NCBI GenBank assembly: GCA_053919585.1
Contig: CM132786.1
Direction: 5' to 3' (one strand)
Source of the DNA: Euprymna scolopes
Lineage: Eukaryota
DNA: 64,000 nt
Made by a program: the position numbers and the translations under genes. The notes beneath the pieces were generated by a model. That model was not told where the DNA came from. It saw only the letters and a list, made by a program, of their open reading frames with translations, and did not search any database. The number at the start of each line of letters is the position of its first letter. Position 1 is the first letter of the stretch. Of this stretch, positions 25,752-39,375 are shown in pieces.

Positions 25752-26794
25752 AAAAATTCTTTTTAAATAAAAAAAAAAATACAATTACATACAATCAGAT
25801 ATTTTGCAGACCAAGACAAACCTATATTTGAATAGATCTTTCAAAAATTAATGTTCATTTTAAATTACAAAAACTATTTGAATATTGTATCATAGATACA
25901 TAAATAAAATCTTAAATTCAATCAATAAATTTGACTCAAATTAAATGAAGAGGATTTTTGCTACTCTGTTATACAAAAGTTGCAAGAGACAACTACTTAC
26001 TGTCAAGACCCAAGAGAACAACTTTATGAAACCAAGAAACTCCCAGTCAAGCTAGAGGCACTCTGGTTCTTCTCAGAACCAGTCGCACAACACAAAGAAC
26101 AGGCAGCTAGTTTGAAGCTCCACATATTATGAAGATCACGTTTTCTCAAACTGTGATGGTGGGTGTGCATTTTAATCAAAGGTCCCATCATGCTGCCACT
26201 CATCTTTGAATGAATTTAACTGCATTTGAAAAAGGATTACATTTACTGAGTTTATGGCTCACACCTTTCATTTTTTGAGATAGATTCAAGAACTGAATTT
26301 TATTCAAGGGTTTTTGTTGTTTCAGAGGTTAACGTAGTTTGCTTGAAGCATTCTGGAATGTGTATATAAAAGAAATTTAGATTGATAGGACACAGAACAA
26401 TGCAGAAATGTAACAGATGGACTGAAATTGAAGTTACTTAAGATAATGATGGAATAGGCTATGCAATGTTTAGATTTTTTTACTATTCAGGGGGAGATGA
26501 CATTTTCATGGTTAAAAGAAGTCAACTGTGTTAATGGTTAATTAACTAGGTCACTCAATCATATCAGTTATTATAGGTGCCACAGGGCTTATGAAGAAGA
26601 ACCTGAAGTCCTACCTAACTAGTATTCCTAGAAAAACAAGTGCAAAAGAGATCCAGACAATTGCAATTAAGGGAACAGCAAGGGTACTTAAAAGAGCTCT
26701 CGGTTGGTTTCAATAAAAAGCAGGGCAATGTTGGCAGCTGGTTTGGCTGCTCCATACCCAGTATTACAATCTTAAAAAAAAAACATTTGTATAT

Positions 26795-26797
<3 letters not shown>

Positions 26798-26852
<55 letters not shown>
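26798..26852. repeat. (TG)n microsatellite
   Basis: About 27 perfect TG units. Confidence 0.97.
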
Positions 26853-26854
<2 letters not shown>

Positions 26855-28539
26855 TTGTTCAGTGTAGTCATTATGTGTTTATTTCATTTCTTTTTTTTTT
26901 TTGTATTAATCATAATTTTGTTTTTTTATTTATATCAAATGTGTTTTTATATCAAATGTTGGTATCATTTGTTTTTAATTTATATTACATATCTTTTTAG
27001 TAATTCTTTATATCAAGTGTTTTTTTATCAAATTTTTTTTATTATTTATATCAAATGCTTCCCCCCCCCCCCCGAAATAACATTTCTTTTAATAATTTAC
27101 CTACTGAATTTCATAACTCAAGGCTGTCAAAAGAAACCAGCTAATAATTCTACAACTAAATCTCACCACTCAAGTTCCATTTGTCAACCTTGCTCCACAT
27201 AACCTACTTTTATGACAACTGCCATCATCATTGACAAAAGCATTACTTATGATAAGTTCTGTGACACTTCTCTCTCGATCAGACTGAAGTGAGAAAATAA
27301 AAAGTGGTCCTTAGTATCAATGGGAAAACCTACAAATGAGCTTATAATCCACTATATTATTGTTTAATTTCATGCAAAAACGACTGGATAAAATTTACTT
27401 AGCTTTTTAGTCTTGGACATTCAAGCTGATTGATTCACTTGGCCCAGTCAAATGGAGTTTGTGAATACCGAAATACTAATCTATTCAAGAGGGTGGGGTG
27501 GGGGATTTAGGGATTAGGTCACTTTGTGAGCAAGTTTTCCTTTTTTTTGGGGCGCTGCCAATATTTCTTTGCATACATGTATCATTTTCACAGATATTAA
27601 TGCTTAAGAATAAACATGCGTTTCAGACATCATATAAAGGTGTTAAAAATTAATAAATAAAAGCATATATAACGTTCAAGTTGAAAACAGAAAACTGAAA
27701 AAGAGATTTATGCAAATACAAGTATAGATTGGGGCAAAGAATTTGAGTGATATTCACCGTAAAAACTAGTTTGGAATAAGTTTTAACCGCCTTCAAGGAA
27801 TGACCACAATAAATTGACGGTTGGTAGGGTTGTGAATTTATTTAATTCAATCAATCTAATTCATATTAAAAGTTGTTGTTTTTTTTTTTTTTAAATATAT
27901 GCATATTTAGACATGCAACAAGTCTGAATGTACAACTTGGAGGAAATGGTTTTGAAATAAAGTATTATCCACCATGTACTTAGAATTATTCTATTACTAG
28001 AAATATTCTAATTAGTTTTCAAAATATCAACAATATAAAAAAAAAAATCACTTTTATCAAATATATTCTAGGCTTATCTAGATATTTTGTTATTGTATGT
28101 CATATTGAAAAGAAATACAAGAAAATAAGAACGATATCAGTAGTCAGACACGCAGCGGCTAACAGAACAATCAACGATAATGATTTCCCGCCGCATAAAC
28201 TATGCCAACAACCAGCAACATACATCAGACATTCACATAAATATTTCCAATAAGCAATTCACAAAATGTTAATATTTTTGTGTAGTTTTGGCAAACTATT
28301 TGAGGCAAGTAAAAATCAGTCAATTGCTCTTCTAAAATCCATTGTTTCCTTTTTTTTTTTTTTACTTAATATTTTACTCAACATGGATGGTTTGAGAATA
28401 TCCCAGTATACAAATGATTTTAAATCCAATAACCAAAATATAAATAACCTATTTTGTTAGCATCTATAAAGCAAGAACATATATCTACCTATAATAGATG
28501 AAAAACAACATTTCTATCTTGTATTGCGGCATGTTTATG

Positions 28540-29038
28540 CCGTAGATGAAATAATGGTTAACATTCTCCATAGGCTTCGATCCATTGTTGGCCTGATTCC
28601 TCTGAAGACATCACATGATTTGAACATGGCAGAATACATGGGGTGGGCTGCCATTACCTTTCCAGTGCAGTGGCATCTGACTCGCCTGTTTGCACCTATT
28701 CATCGTCCTTTTTAGATCATCCGCATAGCTGCATTCGAATAATGTAACTCTTAATACCATAGAACCGTTGATCTGCTAGAGATTCATCCTCCTCCATGGC
28801 CACCCAACGTCAGTTACCTTCTCCTAGATACATGTCTTAACTAAGACTATGGGTGCAGCTCTCCCAGTGAATTAATGCACCTCCAGATTCCAATCTGGAA
28901 ATTTCTTATGACTCGGTGCAGTACATACAGCACGTAACCTTCCCAAATGGTCACCCATCTGGTACTGGCCAGGCTCATCATTGCTTAACTTTGGTGATCT
29001 GGAGGGAATCGGTGTGTCAACATGATTGTGCCGTATAT
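28540..29038 (-). mobile_element. 5S rRNA-headed SINE (SINE3), body type 1
   Basis: Minus strand 29038-28923 aligns with 5S rRNA (TACGGCAC..GATCACCAAAGTTAAGCA..AGTACCAGATGGGTGACC..GTGCTGTA). The body contains AAGGTAATGGCAGCCCACC, resembling an RTE/Meta-domain motif. Confidence 0.8.
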
Positions 29039-29214
29039 ATCAGAATAACTACTTAAATGATTCTCAACCAGAAATTCATATCGATGAGCACGATTTCTTT
29101 AATGCCACGATTGTCATATATTTTAACAAATTACGTTATAATTATATTGTTTGGTCATTATATTATTAGCTTAACAAAATTTTTAGAAAACTATTTTGTT
29201 AAGCTAATGTTTTG

Positions 29215-29908
29215 ATATCTATTTATTAAATGATTGGATGTAACGACAAACTTCTGATCTGAAATGGAAAACTTACATCAAATCAGTTGTCAAGGTTGCT
29301 GGAAAAATGGTTCTATCATTCTAGAAGGTATCTTATTTCTTACACAATCCTCTACCTTCATAAGAGTCAAATACATCCTAAAATGCAGTACTGTTACCAC
29401 ATATGGAGAAACATGCCTTGACAGTGTTCAAGGTAGGCTTCATAATCTAGTAGATAATCGCCTTTTCTCCTCTGTGCAACCTCTTTCCTTACAAAAGGGA
29501 CGTAGCAAGCCTGGTTCTGCTTTTCCATTATTTTCACAGCAGGTGCTTGTCTGAGCTCCAATCTATGTCCCCCACCCCGCTTGCCAAAAATTCACAAAAA
29601 AAACACTCGTCTAGCTACAATCACTATCAACAACTTCCCATACTATCTGTGCTCAAATCTAAACACAAGTTCCATGAACAAAGATTCTTTGCTAGAACTG
29701 CTCACATGTAAAACTGTTCTACTAATATGATTTCCAGCTGACTGATAGTCGTCTTCAAGTCCAATGTAAACAAGTTCTTGTTGAGCAAACCCTTTAAATA
29801 ATCAATTTCTACTCAATTTCCTTCACTAACAATTACTACGTTGTTTTCTCAATGACCATCACAAACTCATTAAGCCTTACCGTCGAGCGACTTCCTTGCA
29901 AAAAAAAT
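29215..29908 (+). mobile_element. Degraded CR1/L2-group LINE 3' portion
   Basis: Motifs KSQIHPKMQYCYHIW, LDSVQGRLHNLV and FSSVQPLS; 3'UTR related to 275-668; A tail. Confidence 0.85.
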
Positions 29909-30216
29909 AATTAGTTTTCAAAGCTTTCATCTTTTAATACATTGGGATTTGCTAAGAATTTTTAAGGCAGTTTTAATGACTTTCTAGTTAAAAGTAAAAG
30001 TATTAAATATTAGAAAAGTTTTCTAGTTAAAAGTAAAAGTAAAATATTAGAAAAAGCTCATTTGTTTATAAATAAACTGAAATGCATTCCATTGAATTTA
30101 ATTTTTAAATTAAAATGTTTTAACTATTTTTATTTCTTTTTATGTTCTGCTATTGCAATTTTTATATCAATAATCGCTTAATAAATAAAACAAGGTGTGA
30201 AACACACAATCAGTGA

Positions 30217-30339
30217 AACTTTAAATGCAATATAGAACTGCAACTTTAAATGCAATACAGAACTGCAACTTTAAATGCAATATAGAACTGCAACTTTAAA
30301 TGCAATATAGAACTGCAACTTTAAATGCAATATAGAACT
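30217..30339. repeat. 25-bp minisatellite, about 5 copies
   Basis: AACTTTAAATGCAATATAGAACTGC repeated head-to-tail. Confidence 0.95.
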
Positions 30340-30459
30340 AGTTGAATACTTGCCTATTTTGCTCAAATTGAAGAAATTATGGAAGATAGTGATAAATTGG
30401 AGAGAGGATGAGGGTCTCGAAAAATGTTTTTAATCTAAGAATTTGTTGGGATAGTTTCT

Positions 30460-30860
30460 TTTGTTTTTTTTAAACTCATGTTCATCCTTAACAAGGCATA
30501 TCACCACTCGGACATAATGGACTACTATTTGGGACAATACCTAGGAAAGATTAATAAGATGTTGGTTTATGTTACATTTAAATTTCTTCATATCAATGCA
30601 GTCAGGGAAGCAGGAAGGGAATTCCAAAGTCTAGGTGTTTGAGGGAAGAAACTATTAGAGTAGGAAGCTTTCTGGCATTTAGGGGCCTCAATAGTGAAGG
30701 GATGAGATTTTTTTGCTATGCGGGTTTGTTGGGGATATGTACGTCGAGGGGGCACAAGTGCAAGGAGTTCAGAGCACATTCAATTAAAATATTTGTAAAA
30801 CAGGCACAGAGATGCAACATTGCGGTGATGGGACAGGGGTTGGAGCTTAGTTCACAATTA
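30460..30860 (-). mobile_element. CR1/L2-group LINE 3' fragment
   Basis: CSELLALVPP...SHPFTIEAPKCQKASYSNSFFPQTPRLWNSLPAS. Confidence 0.85.
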
Positions 30861-31559
30861 GATTGACAATTAGATTGAAAACTCATTTTTGGACCTTATC
30901 CAAGCTAATAACAATTTTAAAAGAAAACACAAGATAATGCTAGGTGTTTCTTACAAGCAAAAAATTTTAAAACATAATCAGAATCTCTTTTAAAGATGCA
31001 AGAACATATCTTTAAATGTATGGCAAAACAATCAAATTAGAGAAAAAAAGACCATCTCTTCATTTTTTTTTTTTTTTAACTATCAGGCCACCCAGTGTTG
31101 CCCGGTCGTAAAATATGCATAAATATTATATTTTAATTCATACAGGAACTGAGACATGCATGTGAATATTATGTTTTTTTTTTCTAAACAATTCACTTAT
31201 TGTAAGAAAAAAGAAACTTGAGCTGAGATTAAAACCAAAACCTAAAGACAGAAAGTCAAGTACGATAACCATTAGGCTGGCTTGACATGATCTTTAAGTG
31301 TTTTCAAACTTACTTATTTTTAACATAATGAATTTGTCATGTGAACCATTCACGCATGCACATTTGTGTAATATTTAGCAAACAGATAAAACCTGACCTC
31401 CCCCTACATACCAATTTTTCAATTTTGACCCTTAGCAGCCAGTTTTCCCTGGATCAAAACCAATTAAAAAGTCTTCCACGTGTCTGAATATCCTATATAC
31501 TAAATATTAATTTTTTTTTAATTTTAAAAGTTAGGAGATTCGAAGTTCCTATCCGTCGC

Positions 31560-31609
31560 GGTTACCACCTGACGAAGGCCAGAGGAAGTTGGCCGAAACG
31601 TCGTGAACC
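31560..31609 (+). ncRNA. Minimal type I hammerhead ribozyme of a Penelope-like element pLTR fragment
   Basis: GGTT-ac-CAC / CTGACGA / A / GGCCA-gaggaagt-TGGCC / GAAACGTC / GTG-AACC. Core intact, helices I and II paired, palindromic helix III, predicted cleavage after C31602. Confidence 0.8.
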
Positions 31610-31718
31610 AATAAAAAAGATCCAAAAACAACAACTAATAAAGATGAGACTAATAGTCCGAAATAAAAATAAAAATTAATATATAATGCTCATCTCAAAA
31701 AACGAATTCCAATTAAGG

Positions 31719-31756
<38 letters not shown>

Positions 31757-31758
<2 letters not shown>

Positions 31759-31922
31759 TATATACTAAATGTCTATATGTCTGAATACCCTATATACTAA
31801 ATGTCTATATATCTGAATACCCTATATACTAAATGTCTATATGTCTGAATATCCTATATACTAAATGTCTATATGTCTGAATATCCTATATACTAAATGT
31901 CTATATGTCTGAATATCCTATA
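31757..31922. repeat. 32-bp minisatellite, about 5.2 copies
   Basis: CCTATATACTAAATGTCTATATGTCTGAATAY repeated; the partial source unit is at 31481-31505. Confidence 0.95.
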
Positions 31923-33274
31923 AGGCGGTAGATTCAAAACCCATCGAGTATATAGGTTGAGAAGTGTCTTCACACACACACACACATTCTCACTTTTATA
32001 GATATGTAGATTATTATTAATAAAAGGGATTATATAAATATTTTTTAAATCCATTTTTGTTATCAATATATACTATAGAAATCATTTTAAGAACTAAATA
32101 GTTTAAACTTTTAAACATATGTAAATATGTCAGAAATGTAAAATTTACTTTTATGAGAAACTGATATTGGGAAGGCAAATAGCAAACAACAGTTATATAT
32201 TAAAATAATGATAATGTCTGAACTGGAGTAACTGATGAAAAATAAAATAACACTTGGTTAGTCAAAATCAAATATTGATAAATCAGATAAATTGCTATAA
32301 AAAAATTCAATAACTTTATATATTACTAATAAGCCACTCAGCGTTATCCGGTTGTAAAATATATTTTAATTTATGCAAATTTCATATTTATTATGACAGT
32401 CAATTCTCTATTGATTATTATATTGTACCCAATATATAGTAGTGGCCACCCAGCATTGTCTGATTATAAAATGATATTCCAATCTATGCAGATTTCGCAT
32501 TTATTATTACAGCACCAATATGTGGCCAATACATAGTGATTTCAAAGGTTTTTAATACAGCTTTGGTGCCAAAAGATGTAGCTCTCCAGTCTTATCCGTT
32601 ATCATCTGACCTAAGTTCATACCTATACAAAAATTTTTTAAAATAATGTTGTTAAAGATATAAATGTATATTTGCGCATGCATAGAAATAACACATTTAG
32701 TTAACTTACACCTGCCAAGTTCTAATTTTTTCAATTTTAACCATTTAGTAGCTATTTTTACCAATTAAATATACACAAGAGCCATAAACCTTTAAACATA
32801 ATTCGGACATAAATTACTTTCTATTCAACAATTTTTAGGCTACAAAATTACTTAAAAATTGTTAAAAACAAATCAACTATTTTAATCTATTATTAAAAGA
32901 TGGTTATGATCCTTTACTATTATACACTTGAAATTTGTTAGTAATTTTAAAGTCTTTAAACATACAAAGAGAAAGTAATTTTTGGCTTTAAAAGTCAAGT
33001 ATTCTGCTTGTAAAACTAATGGAAAGAATTTTTTTTTCACTTATCAGACCCTAATAATTAATAGCATATTTATTTTTTTATATTTACCCAATTGTATAAT
33101 TATTATTGACTTTTGCAATTTTGTTTTTTTGCTTGAAAATAATTGTTTACTTTATATTTTATTTAATTTCACTTTTACATTTAAAAATTTGTTTCAAATC
33201 ATCTATTTTATACTCTGTTATTTGTTGTGTTGAATAAACAATTTAAAAATCTTGCATATTTAATTCTTAAAATG

Positions 33275-33573
33275 TTTGATGCCTCTGTTTAATCTCAAAA
33301 GACAAAGGATACCACCTTTAGGGCCAGCTGCGTGTGTAATTGTGAGGCAAGGGTTGCGCAATCCCCAACCACACCTCTCCTGAATCGGCATTGCTCGAGT
33401 CCAGTGGCAAGGAAAAGTCCAAGACGACTGGAAACAATGCCAAGATAAGTGGAGAACACATACAGCACCTGGAAGTCCCAAATGGTCACCCATTTAGTAC
33501 TGACCAAGTTCAATGTTGCTTAACTTTGGTGATCCAGTGGGAACCGACGTGTTAATGTGATTATGCCGTACTT
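33275..33573 (-). mobile_element. 5S rRNA-headed SINE (SINE3), body type 2
   Basis: Head at 33573-33458 is 5S-like and similar to the 29038-28923 head; the body is unrelated to type 1. Confidence 0.8.
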
Positions 33574-34616
33574 AAAAAAAATAAAAAAAGAAAATTTAAA
33601 AAAATACAACTTGCAATTAAGAATACTTCTGTGCTGCTATTCACATCTTATAAACTAAGTGTGTGAAAGAAATTCTTGTTGAAAATCTCAAAATTAAAAT
33701 GTTTTTAAATATTTTTATCTTGTAATAGCAGGGGGGTGGCTGATCTTACCAGTCATAGAATGTGCTTAAATATATTTTAATTCATGTAGATTTTGTATTT
33801 ATTATTACTGAGCCAATTCTCTATTCAATATTATATTGTACCTAATTTTGAACAGATTTCAAAAAAAAAAAAAAGACTGGAGTTCTATCAGCTAGAATCA
33901 AAACCAAAACATTTAGCACTTCAGCTGTGTTCCCTACCGTTTGAGCTAACCCGACAGACAGATAAGAAAGCTTTAACATTAAACCACTTTTAGCTATGAT
34001 TATTTTTACGCATGCTCAAACTAATAGAAATATGTCAGCAATTTGAAATTAACATTTTGCATTTCAACTTGCTGACTTCTGTATGCATTATTCATCCATC
34101 CAAACAAAGATTTTACTCGTTATAAACCATCCTTGGTGTATGATTACTATTTCCTGATAATTTCAGTGTTATGTGACCAATAGTTTAAGAGTTTATTGGT
34201 TAATTACACACACATACATCTACTGTTTTGTTTATATAGATAAGAATTTATTTTAAAACTAAAATATTGAGTCCGTGTGAAAAATATATAAAGCTATAAA
34301 ACCACTAAAAAGTATGTATATTAACGTTTTTCCATAATACAAATATCTAACTCATAAGATATACATCATAAAGAAAGTCTTGAGAAATGTTTCTGAAAGT
34401 GTTTTCATAAGTTCTTAAGAGTGTGTAACTATTTTAATGATGGAATTAGCACGTTTGTTCATGACAAAAATCTTTAAAACCATCAATACTATGGAAATGT
34501 ATTTTTATTTTTTTTGCACTTAAATTGTTAATATTGTGGAAAGAAATGTTGAATCATTGCATTATTTTTGTGAGACTGCAATTCAGAGGTAAATTATTGC
34601 ATTCCAAATACATATA

Positions 34617-35497
34617 CGAGGTGCCGTCAATAAGTTCCCAGACTTTTTTGTATGTGAACTTTTATTGATTGTATACAAATGAAACTGTAGTCCCCTTCAA
34701 AGTAATCTCTTCCGGCTGCAACAATTTCTGGAAGGCCTAATGAAAGTTTTCTTGTGTGAGCATGTCAATGACCCTTGTCACAGTCGCTTTCATCTCCTCG
34801 ATCATTTTATAACGACAGCCTTTAAGGTTTTCCTTGAGCTTAGGGAATAATTAAGAGTCACAGGGAGCACAGTCTGGACTATAGGAAGGCTGAGAAAATA
34901 TCTTGATGCCCATCTTAGTCAAATAGTCTGTCATAAGGATGGAATTGTGGAATGGTGCATTCGCACAAATCTTCCGCTTCTCCAGTTCCTTGGGAATAAT
35001 TGTGTACAGTTTCCACACTGACATTAAACTGTACACTTATTGTCTATGGACACACAACAGTCATTATCCATGAAATTTTGTTTTGCCAATCAACTGTGGT
35101 GTTCCAACTTCCTTACTCCTCCCACATTCGCTGCCTTCCTTGAATCTCTTATGCCACTCAAAAACTGATGCTCTATTCAAAAATGATCTAAAAGCAGTCT
35201 GAAGCATTCCATACATTTCTGTGCCAATTTTTCCAAGTTTAAAAATAGAATTTTATTTTCATTTTTCTAAAGTGTCCTCAAGAGTAGATTGCATTTTTGA
35301 AATTCACCAGCTGTGACAATCAAGCTTTAGTAGGGTGTATTCTAATTCCTGTTGTAGCTGCTTATTTGCACCTAACATCATAAAAATTGGTCAGTCATCT
35401 CATAAGATGTGTAGCAATAACATATTAAATTTTCCAGTCTACAACAATTTTAAATGCCTGTACAAGAAAAGTCTGAAAATTTATTTAAGGCACCTCG
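34617..35497 (-). mobile_element. Internally deleted mariner, both TIRs present
   Basis: TA-CGAGGTGCCGTCAATAAGTT ... AATTTATTTAAGGCACCTCG-TA. PSYSPDCAPCDS motif; the catalytic middle is deleted. Confidence 0.93.
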
Positions 35498-35675
35498 TAC
35501 TTGGAAATATGTAAAAGTAGACCCGAGGAATCAACTTGTATGCATTAACATTGAACATGTATTACTGTCACATTTTGAGAGTTCAGTATTGGCTGACAAT
35601 CATGATATTCCTAAGTTTTATGCATTCCCTAATCAGCCAAGTAGCCTCTGTCTATTGCTAATGGTTTTATGACCA

Positions 35676-36094
35676 TTTATTATATAAATCTCACCTGCCT
35701 GTTTAAATGTATGTATGTATGTATGTATGTTTGCTTAAAACTTTTGACAGAGGCGACAGATTTTCACAAGATTGGTATCATTTTGAAGCTCAACCGTTCG
35801 GACAACAAATAACAAAAAATTGGGCAAAAACATTAATTCCTTCACCCTTAACTGGGCACTTTTCTACAGAGAGTGGGTTACTTTTTTCACCAATATTTTC
35901 AAAAGTCACCCCTTCTTTTCGATTGTCTGGCCTTCCGATTTGCCGATGAGCGCAATAAAGACGCCACTTTTTTTTTTCTTTTTTTCACATTCTTTTCCTC
36001 CTTTGTGGCACAGGTTCGAGACTGCCTACTTTTTTTTTTTTTTTGCTCAACACACACCTCCAAACACCCGGGCAATGCCGAGTACCCAGGTTAG
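35676..36094 (+). mobile_element. Non-autonomous Helitron (same family as 11100-11559 and 54970-55438)
   Basis: ATAAATCTCACCTG/(TATG)n start; CCCGGGCAATGCCGAG hairpin; TTAG|T end. Confidence 0.85.
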
Positions 36095-36177
36095 TGGCTT
36101 AATAAAAGGTAAAAAAAGTAATTATTATTCAATTTGCTAACTTCATTAAAATCAAACAAGAAATATCTTTACTAGTA

Positions 36178-36364
36178 TTCTTACTTGGTCAAGATCAAAG
36201 TGTAGTATCTGTTCTTCAGATGCTGCACTTCATTTTCTTGTTCTCTTTCGGTGGAGGAGAAATCCTTCACGACTGAGACAATTTTTATTTTTGTACCTTT
36301 TCTCCAAGTTAAAAAACGACCCTGGTGTCTAACTGTCCCGTGGGGAGGCATAGTAAATAGGTAC
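36178..36364 (+). mobile_element. U2 snRNA-headed structured repeat, copy A (internal deletion)
   Basis: AAGATCAAAGTGTAGTATCTGTTCTT is identical to the invertebrate U2 5' region; the body aligns with 51659-52121. Confidence 0.85.
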
Positions 36365-38128
36365 TATCATTAGATATTTCGATAAATATTTCGATAAATA
36401 AGACCTAATTCGTAAACCTAATATCTGAAATCAAATTTTAAAAAAAAAGTATGGGAAATTTCCTAAACGGGTTATCATTTTTATAATGAAAAGATTTTCA
36501 TTGTTTTATGAACTATTTCAGTTTTTGAATTATTCAAGTAATGTACAAAGTTTATTTCATATAAACAATGACCTAAAAATAGCATTTTCTCTTCTGTACT
36601 AAATCTCCTATGTAAATAGCGCTTATAAATATACTTGATTTGAGATATACAAAGTCATATTCAGCAGCTTATTCAAAATGAAAACAATCTACCAAACACT
36701 ATCATCCCAAACTAAAACAATATTTTATGGAATACAATACAAATCTGTGCTGCTCTGGATGAATAATATCCAAAAAATTTTTTAATTATTCTTTGGCACT
36801 CAACTATTGAAAATTGGAAAAGAAAATGCTGACAATGAAAATGCAGAATTTATACGAGAATTGCCTGTATGTATGTCCAGAGAGAGAAAGGCAGAGGAAA
36901 AAAAAAATAGAGAGGGCGGTAGAAGTTTTGATATAGATAAGTTACATTTTTTCCCAGGGCTATGTTGAGCAACCACATTAGTTAATAATAATGGAAGCAA
37001 TAAATTATTAGATCAAGCCTGCTTAAGTATTGGGTAAAATCCATATACAATATAAATCCATATACAATATAAATCCATATATAATATAAAATCTATATAT
37101 TATGGATTGCCTTTACTTCTTGCATTACTTCTTGAGAGAAAAAAAAAAAAAAAAAAAAAACACAAAAGTGCAACTTTGTTTACATAAAGATTCATTTCAA
37201 CAGCTAATACATAGTCTTTTTAATATGATTCATAACATACTTTGATTTTTCAAGTTAAAAAAAAAAGCATTTTGTTTAACCATTTTCATGTCTTGAAAGA
37301 AATACTTGTATCTCATATTCTAAGATTAGATTTTATTGAACTTTTTAATTTAAAGAAAAATGAACATTCTTTTGCATACCTGTAACAAGTTGAAATTATT
37401 TTTTTGTTTCAATATTCTAATTGGTTGAAAAAGTTATCTCTCTTTCTCATATATATATATATAATTAATAAAATAGACAATTTTTCCTGTCCAGAATTAA
37501 ACATTATAGGAATACAAACGCAGACACCACATTCAAATTTCTATTATAGTTCTGAGGAGAGTCACTTTCCCAAACAAGTCATATTTACAGGTGGTAGTAG
37601 AAGTTACTCGCTCATTATTTTCTACTCTTATTCTCCTCACTAATACCAGAAACTTCTACACATTTGCCATATTTTTTTACAACCCCGGTGTTTGTGTTTA
37701 CTTTTTTTATTCCATACATTTTATATTAATTTTTATCTAACCTACATAAAAAGAACTAAAACTCTTCCTTCACAAGTTCCGATCAATTTGATTGGCTGTT
37801 AACATACGTTTATCAGATTAAGAGAATTTTGAATGGTTAAAAACACCTATCACGAATTAAACCACAAGGTGTCATCCAACAAAACAAACAATCAGATAAT
37901 TTGCACCTAACCAGATCAACTTTTTCGAAATAAACTTCACTTAGGATTTGATTACAGTTACAAGGAGCATTCCAGTTCAAATTCGGAACAGAATAAAAAG
38001 GAGGGAGGTGTTTCTACAGAACTTGAACCTAATCAGATCAACTTTTTTCAAAATAACCCTACGGAAAAAACTTTGCAGTGTCGCTTTTGAATACATTTAA
38101 CGAAACAAAAAATCCGTATAATTTTTCA

Positions 38129-38410
38129 TTTTTTTTTTTTTTTTTTTTACACAGTGGTCACCACTTATCAAGGCCCGGAAGCCACTCAGGGATAAGGGTT
38201 ATTGCAAGTACATTATGTTAGTGTGGAGATTTGATGAAGTGTTTACTTAAGGGGGCGGTTCATTAGGAATTTGTCAACATTGGACTTGAAGACATCCAAG
38301 TTGTAGTCAGGTGGGAAGCAGGCAGACAGAAACGAGTTCCACAGGCGTGCAGTTCTAAGAAAGAATCTTTGTTCATGGAATCCACGTTTTGATTTAGGCA
38401 CAGATAAAGA
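38129..38410 (-). mobile_element. CR1/L2-group LINE 3' end with poly(A)
   Basis: Near-identical to 275-668 (RFFLRTARLWNSFLSACFPPDYNLDVFKSNV). Confidence 0.9.
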
Positions 38411-39238
38411 TAATTCATACTTATAACTCGATTTTTTTCTGAATATATAATTTAAATACATCATTTCCCTTACTCATAGAAAAGCAGATATACAATTATT
38501 CATGCAACACGTTTTTATTTAAACCTATTCTGTACTTTCACCTAACAATTTGATAAAAGGATATCGTAGCAGGTTTCATAATTTTTATTTATACTAAAGA
38601 AAAAATACATAATTTTATTTTACAGATTTTCACTTGCATCTATCAATTTGATAAAAATTTAGCATAAACATTGCATTTAAACAATACAAATCATACCATA
38701 GCACCTTTAGCTATTTTTTTTTAATTTAAAAAAAAAAAAATAATAAATTATTTAATTTAAAATGGAATACTTTCACTTAATTTGATAAAAAGTTAATGTA
38801 AACATTTAATTTAACAATTTAATACAATGATATTGTAGCATATTCAATGTTTTATTCCAGTTCCAATTAGCATTCATCCAGGAGGTCTGGTTAGTGCTTT
38901 CTCTCCTTGGTCTTTTCATTCTCCTGGACCCTCCTCAAATATTTAGTGTGGTGCCTGTCGATGCTGAAATTATAATTTTATTATTATTATTATTGCTAAT
39001 ATTTTTATTAATAGTAATGGGGGGGAGGTATTTTGATTTATTACTGATTATATTATCATTCATTTATTATTAGTATTCTGATTATTTCTATTATTGGTTA
39101 TATTACCGTTATAATTATTATGTTTATTTGTCTTACTGTTATTAATAATATTAACATTGTTGTTTCATTTATTAACATTACCTTTAGTATTTTTTTTTAT
39201 TTTCTTAGTTAATATTAGTATTAGTTTTATCAATATAG

Positions 39239-39336
39239 TAGAGGTAGGGAGTACTGGGTCGGGTCTTCAGATTTTGGTGGAGACCCCCTCAGATCAAAAT
39301 ATGCACTAAACCTAGGTAAGAATCGAAAAAATTTTG

Positions 39337-39375
<39 letters not shown>

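Larger units (their letters stand above)
31080..32010 (-). mobile_element. Degraded Helitron containing a PLE fragment and a 32-bp tandem array
   Basis: CTAT CAGGCCACCCAGTGTTGCCCGG 3' end; CACATTCTCACTTTTATAGATATGTAGA 5' end. Confidence 0.7.

Noticed and set aside
30217-31922. CRISPR-like arrays (25-bp and 32-bp repeats)
   Set aside because: These are head-to-tail minisatellites without unique spacers, in eukaryotic DNA.
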